Positions 14,100 to 24,894 of a stretch of DNA of 64,000 nucleotides are shown here, in pieces. Location: positions 274,412,001-274,476,000 of the forward strand of contig OZ024742.1 in assembly GCA_964016885.1 (NCBI GenBank). Direction: 5' to 3'. Position numbers and translations under genes: made by a program. The stretch is from Eledone cirrhosa (Eukaryota). Below the pieces are notes generated by a model that saw only the letters and a program-made list of their open reading frames with translations, was not told the DNA's origin and ran no database searches. Positions within the stretch are counted from its first letter, which is position 1. Each line of letters starts with the position of its first letter.

Positions 14100-14668
14100 G
14101 TGTATGAGCTAGTACGCATATATGCATGTTTTCTACTTTTTATTTATTTATTTGTTCTAGTGTTACTTTATATATTATAACCACTCCCACTTACTTTCTC
14201 TTTGCCTTAATTTTTTATTCTTTTCTTATATGTTATTTCATTAATTTATCATATTTTTATATTTGTATCGACTAATCAGTCTGATACTGCTTTGACTTTA
14301 TACACCCCCTTCCCTGTATATATCACATACATGTATGTGGTTGCGCGTGTGTTTATGTTTATACGCGTGCGTCCTTTCATCCTTGTACGTGTATTTCAAC
14401 CATTAGTCCCTGAGTCTGTATGTACGCTAACTCCATTATCTTACAATTCCTTTTTCAACATATATAAATATACGTATTTGTGGTCACACATACACTAATA
14501 TGTTTGCCCTCATGTATGTACTTACGCACACATTTTTTCCCTATACACATGCATTTGTACACACACACACACATGTATATTTGTAAGTGCATATACACAC
14601 ATGTATACACATCTCCTTACTATATTTCTTTTTTTTTATTGTTTATACATTTGTTGTATTATTACTTG

Positions 14669-14858
14669 GCGGTGGAGTACCAGTATCGGTAGAGGGTCGC
14701 ACGCCATGCTTTCCAGCATAGTTACGTCCCTTTACGATCTGAGTTCAAATCCCGCCGAGGTTGACTTTGCCTTTCATCCTTACGGGGTCGATAAAATAAA
14801 GTACCAGTAATGCACTGGGTAATTGCTGGCCTTGTGCCTAAAGTAGAAACAATTATTA
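14669..14858 (+). mobile_element. tRNA-derived SINE, near full length
   Basis: Starts ggcggtgg; B box GAGTTCAAATC; core catccttacggggtcgataaaataaagtaccag resembles the Meta-SINE domain; TSD attattactt. Confidence 0.9.
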
Positions 14859-14939
14859 CTTTTATTTATTTTATATTTTTTTGCCCGTTAAACTTTGGCC
14901 TTTCTTGAGGAGATTTTTCAAATATTTCACTATGTTTTA

Positions 14940-15017
14940 AATTGCCTTGTCTGATGAACGAATAAGGACGTGTCTTGTATTCGTCTTATTCGGGAAACCT
15001 CTGGTACTGCTGTAATT
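14940..15017 (+). ncRNA. Hammerhead ribozyme motif, inverted partner of 10168-10245
   Basis: AATTGCCTTGT-CTGATGA-aCGAATAAG GACG...CGTC TTATTCGg-GAAAC ctctg GTA; the 3' strand of stem I is degraded. Confidence 0.55.
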
Positions 15018-15267
15018 ATACTGTATTGTTTATTATACATTAAATATTTTGCTCTGTAACTTACATAGGGCACTCTTTATTTTTCAATTTTCAACGGAAA
15101 CTTCAATATATATATATACATAATAGTCAATATAATGGAGAGAGGTAAACACAGATATATATACATATATGTGTTCAAATCATAAGGGACCAGATTCGTT
15201 AGGGTGAATAGGATACTAACTATGGACAATGTGGTGTGTGTATGTGTGTGTATGTATATATATATAT

Positions 15268-16725
15268 ATTGCTTTAGTTAGGTCTTTCCATGACGACATG
15301 AAGGCTTGGGTTAATGTCGGAGGTAACATGTCGGAGCCTATCTCAGTAAAAAATGGAGTGAAACAGGGGGATATTCCAGCACCGACCCTGTTTGCCATAT
15401 ACTTTGCAATGGTTTTCTGTATTGCATTCAGGAATTGCGAGCATGGTGTTTACATCCGATATCGAACCTCAGGCAGCATATTTAACATCAGGCGCTTTGC
15501 TGCGAAGACAAAAGTATTTACATCAGTCATAAGAGACCTCTTGTATGCAGATGATTGCGATCTTGTAGCACACACAGAGAGTGATATGCAGCACATTTTG
15601 AATGTATTTTCTGACGCTTGCACTGCCCTGGGTTTGACTGTCAGTCTCAAGAAAACCGTCGTCATGTACCAACCTGCACCTGGTAGGCAGTACACTGAAC
15701 CAAACATCTATGTGTATGGCAAACGACTTGGAGTGGTTGATCAGTTTGTCTACCTGGGAAGCACTGTCAATCGATACGGCAACCTTGACAGTGAAATCTC
15801 ACTTAGGATTAGGAAAGCAAGTGATGCTTTCGGAAAGCTAGAAAGGCGACTCTGGGGTCGGCGAGACATATGCAGGAGGACAAAGGTAAAGGTGTACAGG
15901 GCATGTGTACTCTCTTGTCTTCTTTATGCCTGCGAGACCTGGGTCACATATCGACGCCACCTTAAGCAATTGGAGCGTTTCCATCAGATGTGTCTCAGAC
16001 GGATACATGGCGTTCGCTGGAGGGACCACATCAGTGATGTCGAGATTTTGGAAAGCTCTATGTGTGACAGTATAGAAGCTCTTGTGCTTAAGCAGCGACT
16101 CCGTTGGAGTGGTCACCTTGCCAGGATGAAGGATTCTAGAATACCAAAACAACTCTTCTATGGAGAGTTGGTTAAAGGAAAACGACCGCCACATAAACCA
16201 AAAAAGAGGTATAAGGATTCCTTGAAGGCCTCTCTGAAAGACGCTAACATCTCTGCTGATACATGGGAAAATATTGCTGCTGATCGTAATAAATGGAGAA
16301 AGACTGTATATGAGGGAAAAGTTGCCTTTGAGGCATCTCGAATCGCACACGAGAAAGTAAAGCGGGACGTGAGGAAGGGTATTGCTGTTGCACTTCCAGA
16401 CGGCGAGGGTCCTCCTATGTTTCTGACATGCAGCGTCTGTGCGAGACTCTGCCTAAGCAAAGCTGGACTCGAAAGTCATCTTCGCAGTCATAAAGTAAGA
16501 CCAGTGGTTGACTACCAGGCTGCTGTTGGAGATGCTACTCATCATGCTTGCCAAACATGTGGTAGAGAATGTAAATCAGCAGGAGGACTCAAGCGACATG
16601 CAAAAGTACACGAACTCCAACCACAGCCGACTATTCCCAGTAAATGTTTTGGTTGCCGACTCTGTGCAAGACATTTTGGATCATTGGCTGGGCTAAAAAG
16701 CCACATTCGATCGCAGCACTGTTAG
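15268..16725 (+). CDS. RTE-clade LINE ORF, 5'-truncated: reverse transcriptase plus three C-terminal C2H2 zinc fingers
   Basis: Open frame with GVKQGDIPAPTLF, LLYADD, FVYLGS, LLYACETW, RLRWSGHLARM, PKQLFYGEL and three CxxC-x12-Hx3-4H fingers. 3' end tggc...gcca stem plus (CAT)n tail at ~16948-16983. Confidence 0.93.
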   Translation: MALVRSFHDDMKAWVNVGGNMSEPISVKNGVKQGDIPAPTLFAIYFAMVFCIAFRNCEHGVYIRYRTSGSIFNIRRFAAKTKVFTSVIRDLLYADDCDLVAHTESDMQHILNVFSDACTALGLTVSLKKTVVMYQPAPGRQYTEPNIYVYGKRLGVVDQFVYLGSTVNRYGNLDSEISLRIRKASDAFGKLERRLWGRRDICRRTKVKVYRACVLSCLLYACETWVTYRRHLKQLERFHQMCLRRIHGVRWRDHISDVEILESSMCDSIEALVLKQRLRWSGHLARMKDSRIPKQLFYGELVKGKRPPHKPKKRYKDSLKASLKDANISADTWENIAADRNKWRKTVYEGKVAFEASRIAHEKVKRDVRKGIAVALPDGEGPPMFLTCSVCARLCLSKAGLESHLRSHKVRPVVDYQAAVGDATHHACQTCGRECKSAGGLKRHAKVHELQPQPTIPSKCFGCRLCARHFGSLAGLKSHIRSQHC

Positions 16726-16733
16726 TTGCTATC

Positions 16734-16773
<40 letters not shown>

Positions 16774-16854
16774 GCTTATGTGCGTGCGTGTGTGTGTATA
16801 TATATATATGAATATGTATATTATTATTGTTGTTGTCGTTATTATTATTATTGC

Positions 16855-16941
<87 letters not shown>

Positions 16942-16977
16942 TGCAATGGCCATACTCGATAACGAGGGGGCAGCCAT

Positions 16978-17025
<48 letters not shown>

Positions 17026-17062
17026 CAACAAAGAACGCTTAGAGCATAGGTATATCTTTACT

Positions 17063-17108
17063 TGCTAACAGTGTTTCGTCCACACTATAAGTGGGACTCA
17101 TCAGAGCA
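17063..17108 (-). ncRNA. Canonical type-I hammerhead ribozyme
   Basis: TGCT-CTGATGA-GTCC CAC ttata GTG t GGAC-GAAAC act GTT-AGCA. Confidence 0.88.
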
Positions 17109-18199
17109 TAAAGAGTGATTACATATTACACAAGCAATAACAAATCCAAGACATTGAAGAAATAAAAAATAAACATTGAAAAATAAGCATTGAAAAATAA
17201 GAGGTGCTATCAGTCACAGTTGGGCGGGGTGCTGTTAACATACAGTTACATACAAGCATACGCATAAGCATGAGCACCCGCATGCAACCACACAACAGGC
17301 AGCCATATGCAACACATATAGTATAGACTAATACAAATAACATATCATGGACGAGTATGCAAAAGCTAAGAGATGAATGGTGGATATACAATGGGTAAAA
17401 ATACAATGGGTAAAAGTAAGATAAACAAAGGATAAAAATAGATTAACCATAGATAAAAAATAGATTAACCATGGATAAGAGATAGAGAATAGATAAGGAA
17501 TAGACAAGAATAGATAAGATAGATAGGAGTAGATAAAAATAGATAAAAAATAGATAAAAAATAGACAAATAATATATATAAAAAATATAAAAAATATATA
17601 TATAAAATATACAGATAATAGAGATAAAGGGTAAAGAATAAAATAAAATAAAATTATATAAAATAAAATACAATGAAATAAAATAAAATAAAGTAAAGTG
17701 AGATAAGATATATATTTTTAGAATATATTTCTTGAATATATCAGGGGCACACGAACGCCTTAAGTGTTACAGTTAGCCATATCACAACAATCAAATGCTC
17801 AAATGAGATTTATAATCAACAGGTGCTATGTCCACACTCGATTGAGTTGACCATTGCAATGCAATGGAGACATCCCAGGTTGGGCAGTCACAGAAGTTCA
17901 CACTCGAAAGTCACGGGTGTGCATTCACACAGTTGAGCGGTGGGGCAATCACAAAAGGTTCACACTCGGGCAGGAATCTATTGGTCAACAGAGGTATATC
18001 CACATCACTAGCGAGGACGTATGCAAGGAAGGTAGGTAAATTCACATGCAGCAGCAGGAACATCCATGGGCAGATAACTGAGTGTCACAACGTCACAAGG
18101 TAGCAAGCAAAATCGTTTACATCAACATGAACATCAAGAGGCAGATAAGTGGGCTGAAAGCAAGTATGTGTGTGTATGTTTGTATGTATAACTATGTAC

Positions 18200-18283
<84 letters not shown>

Positions 18284-18374
18284 ATTTTTATAACTGATAT
18301 AAAGCACTCAACAAGTTAGTGGAGTAAATACACAATATATTAATAAATGGAAGCTATATTTATAAAACCATATT

Positions 18375-18440
18375 TATTTTATTATATATATTTCAAGGGT
18401 AACCAAGGCAAATTATGGTGCGCTCTCATCAGATAAAATA
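18375..18440 (-). ncRNA. Hammerhead ribozyme (family A)
   Basis: TATTTTAT-CTGATGA-GAG..ACCA...TGGT..CTT-GAAA-T atat A-TA-ATAAAATA; palindromic loop III. Confidence 0.75.
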
Positions 18441-19670
18441 CAGATTTGTTTTATAAATAAATATTGACATACCCGGAAAAAAGGCAACCTTAACGGTTGG
18501 AGATTCCTGGATAGTGGAGATAATATTTTATCGAGGGTAATACAAAGTTATGAGTGAGTATGCAAATGAGTGTCCGAAAAGTTGAAAAGATAACGGTTTA
18601 TTTAAATTAAACTGTTGGAAGAAGATGATATGCAAGGGAGAGAGAAAAAAAAGAAGAGGAAGGAGAAAGAGAGAAGAGGAAAGAAAGAACGATTATACAT
18701 AGAGATAGTGGAGATAGACGGAGATAGACAGAGTGAATGAAGAAATAAGTTGTAATGGAAAAATATACATAGCGTAAATATAGCCAAGTGAAATAAGAAG
18801 TAAAAGAAGAAATAAGATTAACGTGGAAGAATAATATTTAGAATGTAGGGTTCATTACGTTGTGATTATAATATTTATAATGATAGGTTGAAAAATTAGA
18901 TTAAAATTTAAAATTAAAAATCAAAATTAAAGATTAAAATGTCCCTTAATATTAAAGATTTAATTTAATATTAATATTAAAAATTAAAACATTTAAAAAT
19001 TAAAAATTAAAATTAAAACAGGAGTATTTATTTTATATTAAGATGCATTAGTAATGATATATTTATATATCATTACTAATGCATCATTACTAATACATAT
19101 ATGTGTATGTTATGGATTATAAATTATTTAAATAAATATATAGTATTTTACATTAGAGAAAATCTAGTATAGTTTATTTTATTAAAGTAAGTTTGGCAAA
19201 ATTATATTTATTAATAGTTGTAAGTCAACATCCAAATAATTCTAAATTTATGAAAATTTACGAGAGTTTACAAAGGAATAACTATTTAATTATATTATAA
19301 AAACAGTAAGGAAGTATAAAGGAAGTTAGAAGTGATTTGTTAAGAACTCAAAAGAATCCAAGGATACATAAAAAAACTTTTCGAACAAAAATTTTTAATT
19401 TTTTTTTTTTTTATGAGAAGTCATAGACGATATAAAGTTAAACAATTTTTTTCATTTCTTTTTTTCTCTCTCCCTTACATATCATCTTCCAACAGTTTAA
19501 TTTAAATAAACCGTTATCTTTTCAACTTTTCTGACACTCATTTGCATACTCACGCATAACTTTGTATTACCCTCAATAAAATATTATCTCCACTATCCAG
19601 GAAGCTCCAACCGATAAGGTTGTCTTTTTTCAGGGTATGTCAATATTTATTTATTTATAAAACAAATCTG

Positions 19671-19736
19671 TATTTTATCTGATGAAAGCGCACCATAATT
19701 TGCCTTGGTCGCCCTTGAAATATATATAATAAAATA
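19671..19736 (+). ncRNA. Hammerhead ribozyme (family A)
   Basis: TATTTTAT-CTGATGA-AAG.GC.ACCA...TGGT.GC..CTT-GAAA-TATATA-TA-ATAAAATA. Confidence 0.78.
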
Positions 19737-19776
19737 AATATGGTTTTATAAATATAGTTTCCATTTATTAATATAT

Positions 19777-19836
<60 letters not shown>

Positions 19837-19841
19837 TATAC

Positions 19842-19894
<53 letters not shown>

Positions 19895-19903
19895 GTATAT
19901 ATG

Positions 19904-19985
<82 letters not shown>

Positions 19986-20149
19986 TGTATGTGTGTTTAT
20001 ATATATATAATAATATTAATAATAATAATATTTATAGTTATATATACACTATATACAACTATAAACAGGAAAGGTCAGTAATTCCTTACTACCTTATTAC
20101 CAGTAAGAAAAATAACTCAATGTAAATACATCAGATGTTTTACAGAGCA

Positions 20150-20773
20150 GTAATATAAATTACACAATAATCAAAACTATATTCAAAACAATTTATTGCT
20201 GACAATCGTTTCTTCCAAACTTTCGTTTGGAATCATCGGAGCACTAGCAAAGTTTGGGCATATAATTCAACTGAACATTCATATAACATGGATATTAATG
20301 TTGTCATCAACAGTTTCATATTTACAGAGTGCAATGGATGTGACAGAGATTACATGAGAATTATATAATAATTAAAGAGGCACAGAGTGGAATGCATGTG
20401 ACAGAGATTAAAAGAGAATAGTATAATAATTAAAGAGGCATTAAGGTAGAAAGTTACACGTAAAACGAGGAAATTAGCAGTACATATGCAAGCGTGTAGA
20501 GCGTGCACATGCGTTAGGCATATACAGGACAGCTAGGTAGGAAACAAGCAATGGTACAAGGCATATATAATTACTGCATGGCAAAGGTATCACATAAAAT
20601 AACACAGGTTTACAAGCATATCAAGCAGACACAGATGTTTGTGTATCAAAATTCCCGAGTTTATGGTGGATGTAGTGTGCAAATGCCTAACAAATTTGCA
20701 CACTCTATACTCTCTTTCGAAGAAACGATTGTCAGCAATAAAATATTTTGAATATAGTTTTGATTATTGTGTA

Positions 20774-20780
<7 letters not shown>
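20150..20780 (-). mobile_element. ORF-less HHR element with a short inverted terminal copy
   Basis: ~20152-20215 is the reverse complement of ~20719-20780, which begins inside the HHR at gaaGAAACGATTGTC. The right end abuts (TA)n. Confidence 0.7.
20197..20243 (-). ncRNA. Hammerhead ribozyme with U4C core change
   Basis: TGCT-CCGATGA-TTCCAAAC gaaa GTTTGGAA-GAAAC gatt GTC-AGCA. Confidence 0.75.
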
Positions 20781-20858
<78 letters not shown>

Positions 20859-21202
20859 TATATATATATGCGTGCGTGTGTGTATATATATTTATATATA
20901 TATATATATAAAAACAAATAACGAAACGAAATTAAATTTCGTTTCGTTTGTAACTCACTTTTGTATGACTGACGCTTAAACAATTAAGTTAAAAATGTAC
21001 ATCCACATATGTATACTGAAATACTAGTATGCATATGAATACACACACGTATACATATGTAGATGTACCGAGTTTTTCACTGGTCACTTTACTGTGAATG
21101 TCCAGCTATTCTGTATGTAAACACACAGACAAACCGGTTTTTAGAGTCATACTGGTTTTTGAGGAAACACCTTTCCTCTATTCTGCAGAAAGCCAGACAA
21201 GG

Positions 21203-21247
21203 AATATTGAACTAGTTTCGATGTTGTTACATCTCATCAGCAATATT
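21203..21247 (-). ncRNA. Minimal type-I hammerhead ribozyme (466-bp family)
   Basis: AATATTG-CTGATGA-GATG taacaa CATC-GAAA-CTAG-TT-CAATATT; palindromic CTAG loop. Confidence 0.9.
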
Positions 21248-21668
21248 TACCTATCTTCCGGCCTTTCTAGAGAATCGTAAAAGCACATATCGTTATATGC
21301 TTTTTCTATGAAAATTAGTAGTGGGCAGACTAATTTGCATAGAGCGTGAGTACGTACCGGTTCAACGGAGACGATAAAAACAAATAACGAAACGAAATTA
21401 AATTTCGTTTCGTTTGTAACTCACTTTTGTATGACTGACGCTTAAACAATTAAGTTAAAAATGTACATCCACATATGTATACTGAAATACTAGTATGCAT
21501 ATGAATACACACACGTATACATATGTAGATGTACCGAGTTTTTCACTGGTCACTTTACTGTGAGTGTCCAGCTATTCTGTATGTAAACACACAGACAAAT
21601 CGGATTTTAGAGTCATACTGGTTTTTGAGGAAACATCTTTCCTCTATTCTCCAGAAAGCCAGACAAGG

Positions 21669-21713
21669 AATATTGAACTAGTTTCGATGTTGTTACATCT
21701 CATCAGCAATATT
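21669..21713 (-). ncRNA. Minimal type-I hammerhead ribozyme (466-bp family)
   Basis: Identical to 21203-21247, 466 bp away. Confidence 0.9.
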
Positions 21714-22152
21714 TACCTATCTTCCGGCCTTTCTAGAGAATCGTAAAAGCACATATCGTTATATGCTTTTTCTATGAAAATTAGTGACTCTAAAAACCGG
21801 TTTGTCTGTGTGTTTACATACAGAATAGCTGGACACTCACAGTAAAGTGACCAGTGAAAAACTCGGTACATCTACATATGTATACGTGTGTGTATTCATA
21901 TGCATACTAGTATTTCAGTATACATATGTGGATGTACATTTTTAACTTAATTGTTTAAGCGTCAGTCAAACAAAAGTGAGTTACAAACGAAACGAAATTT
22001 AATTTCGTTTCGTTATTTGTTTTTATCGTCTCCGTTGAACCGGTACGTACTCACGCTCTATGCAAATTAGTCTGCCCACTACTAATTTTCATAGAAAAAG
22101 CATATAACGATATGTGCTTTTACGATTCTCTAGAAAGGCCGGAAGATAGGTA

Positions 22153-22197
22153 AATATTGCTGATGAGATGTAACAACATCGAAACTAGTTCAATATT
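22153..22197 (+). ncRNA. Minimal type-I hammerhead ribozyme (466-bp family, inverted copy)
   Basis: aatattgctgatgagatgtaacaacatcgaaactagttcaatatt. Confidence 0.9.
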
Positions 22198-22419
22198 CCT
22201 TGTCTGGCTTTCTGGAGAATAGAGGAAAGGTGTTTCCTCAAAAACCAGTATGACTCTAAAAACCGGTTTGTCTGTGTGTTTACATACAGAATAGCTGGAC
22301 ACTCACAGTAAAGTGACCAGTGAAAAACTCGGTACATCTACATATGTATACGTGTGTGTATTCATATGCATACTAGTATTTCAGTATACATATGTGGATG
22401 TACATTTTTAACTTAATTG

Positions 22420-22452
<33 letters not shown>

Positions 22453-22459
22453 GCGTGTG

Positions 22460-22684
<225 letters not shown>

Positions 22685-22942
22685 TACTCACTCTACTAGC
22701 CTAAGTATTGAGTACTCTGGTGTGTTATGGTCCATCTGGTTCCTTACCATATTTCCTTCGTTATATATATATATATATACATATGTGTGTGTATGTTTAT
22801 GTTCATATATATATATGAATGTATGCATATTATATTTGGCAAAATACCGTATGTTCAATTAAAAACATTTTGAAGACCTTACGCTATCATTTTAAAGTAG
22901 TGACTATGTCACTTACATCTTTTCGGCGAAAGAAAACAGAGA

Positions 22943-22984
22943 AGCTAACAGTCTGTTGCATGCTGTATAGCAATCATCAGAGCT
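22943..22984 (-). ncRNA. Degenerate hammerhead (314-bp family)
   Basis: AGCT-CTGATGA-tTGC tataca GCAt-GCAA(for GAAA)-CA gac TG-TT-AGCT. Confidence 0.6.
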
Positions 22985-23378
22985 ACGTACTGCGTTCTTC
23001 CGCCGAAAATGATAGATGCTGGATTCTTATAGAATTCCAGTAATAATCAGGAGCTGATTATACAGAGCGATTGACAGTACAGCAAAAATTAAGTATTAGG
23101 ATTGCTGCTCTGAAATAGTGATGTATACATGAATGTATGCATAGTATATTTTGAAGACATTACTCTATCATTTTAAAGTAGTGACTATGTAACTTACTTC
23201 TTTTCGGCGCCAAATATACTATGCATACATTCATGTATACATCGCTATTTCAGAGCAACAATCCTAATACTTAATTTTTGCTGGACCCCCAATCGCTCTG
23301 TATAATCAGCCCCTGATTTTTACTGGAATTATATAAGAATCCAGCTTCTATAATTTTCGGCGGTGAAGCGCAGTATGT

Positions 23379-23420
23379 TACACTGATGGTTGCCGAAAAG
23401 CATGAAACAGACTATTAGCA
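23379..23420 (+). ncRNA. Degenerate hammerhead (314-bp family)
   Basis: CTGATGG-tTGC cgaaaa GCAt-GAAA-CAGACTA-TT-AGCA. Confidence 0.5.
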
Positions 23421-23692
23421 TCTCTGCTGTCTTTCGCCGAAAAGATGTAAGTGACATAGTCACTACTTTAAAATGATAGCGTAAGGTCTTCAAAATGTTT
23501 TTAATTAAACATACGGTATATTGCCTAATATACTATGCATACATTCATGTATACAGCACTATTTCAGAGCAGCAATCCTAATACTTAATTTTTGCTGGAC
23601 TGGCAATCGCTCTGTTTAATCAGCTCCTGATTATTACTGGAATTCTATAAGAATCCAGCCTCTCTAATTTTCGGTGGAAGGGCGCAGTACGT

Positions 23693-23734
23693 AGCTCTGA
23701 TGATTGCCAAACAGCAAGCAACAGACTGTTAGCT
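23693..23734 (+). ncRNA. Hammerhead (314-bp family), A13C change
   Basis: AGCT-CTGATGA-TTGC caaaca GCAA-GCAA-CA gac TG-TT-AGCT. Confidence 0.65.
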
Positions 23735-24294
23735 TCTCTTCCTTCTTTCGCCGAAAAGAAGTAAGTGACATAGTTACTACCTTAAAATGATAGCGTAAGG
23801 TCTTCAAAATGTTTTTAATTAAACATACGCTATATTGCCAAATATACTATGCATACATTCATGTATACATCGCTATTTCAGAGCACCGATCCTAATATAT
23901 ATATATATATATATAAACATATGTGTGTGTGTGTGTGTGGTTTTCTGCTAGCATGTGTTGTCTGTATATTGATATTATACGCAAGCATATATGCATGTAG
24001 ATATGATACATCAAATAAAATCGTAATTGACAATATACACAGAAATTGAACGAAGACTGTGTTATGTAATCAGTAACGTAATCCATGATACATTTAAAAA
24101 ATACAATATTATATATAAACTGCATTAGGAGAAAATTAGTGACAGAAATATATGAATATTTATTTAAACGATCGCTAACCGGAAGTGTTGAAATTTGAAA
24201 ATTTTAAAGAAGTGAATCTTTAAATAAGAAATAAAATACATTTAATGAACAGCCACCAAATTTTGTAGATGAAATATGTAATATTCATTCATTC

Positions 24295-24437
24295 TAGCAT
24301 AGTTACGTCCCTTTACAGTCTGAGTTCAAATCCCGCCGAGGGTAACTTTGCCTTTCATCCTTACGGTGTCGATAAAATAAAGTACCAGTAATGTACTGGG
24401 TAATTGCTGGCCTTGTGCCTAAAGTAGAAACAATTAT
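24295..24437 (+). mobile_element. tRNA-derived SINE, 5'-truncated
   Basis: Same B box, core and 3' end (aaagtagaaacaattat) as the other copies. Confidence 0.9.
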
Positions 24438-24532
24438 GTATCCACATTAATCCAACTTATTTTACTAAGGGGATAAAAAATTATAAATCGTACGCAGTCC
24501 CGCGCTTCTTACTTTATTATAGTTTAGATATC

Positions 24533-24563
<31 letters not shown>

Positions 24564-24894
24564 GTGTGTGTATATATGCATATGTATGTATATGTATATA
24601 TATGTATATATGTGTGTGTTTGTGTATATATAAATATATATATATGTGTATATATATATATATATATGTGCGTGTGTGTGTGTGTATGTGTGTATGCATG
24701 TGTGTATTTATGTATGTACGTGTGTATGTATGTATGTATATATGTGTGTGTATGTACGTATGTTTATGTGTATGTATGTTTATGAGTATGAGTATATATG
24801 TGCGTATGTGTATATATATGTATGTGTATATAGGAAAAAGTTCAAGGCCCCGACGGCAGAGCTCCAGCCGTTTCGACGACTGTTTCTGGACTAA

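Larger units (their letters stand above)
18280..19777 (-). mobile_element. Family A non-autonomous PLE-like element: inverted pLTR, AT-rich body, pLTR
   Basis: ~18340-18665 and ~19455-19777 are inverted repeats, each with an HHR. The body (~18840-19400) is homologous to ~43700-44150. Flanked by (TA)n. Confidence 0.8.
20908..22420. repeat. 466-bp HHR-containing tandem repeat (~1.9 units) followed by an inverted block (retrozyme-like)
   Basis: Units start at 20908 and 21374. 21786-22420 is the reverse complement of ~20980-21615. Copies are near-identical. (TA)n on both flanks. Confidence 0.95.
22815..23895. repeat. 314-bp HHR-containing tandem plus inverted repeat (diverged, retrozyme-like)
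   Basis: Plus-strand units recur at ~23209, 23523 and 23837; ~22815-23208 is the inverted block; one HHR-like motif per unit. Confidence 0.88.

Noticed and set aside
21098-22302. Three copies of a 60-aa ORF (MSSYSVCKHTDK...)
   Set aside because: Antisense to the HHR in the 466-bp repeat. Two copies start with GTG, there is no recognisable domain, and the ORF is not evident in the homologous 426-bp unit.
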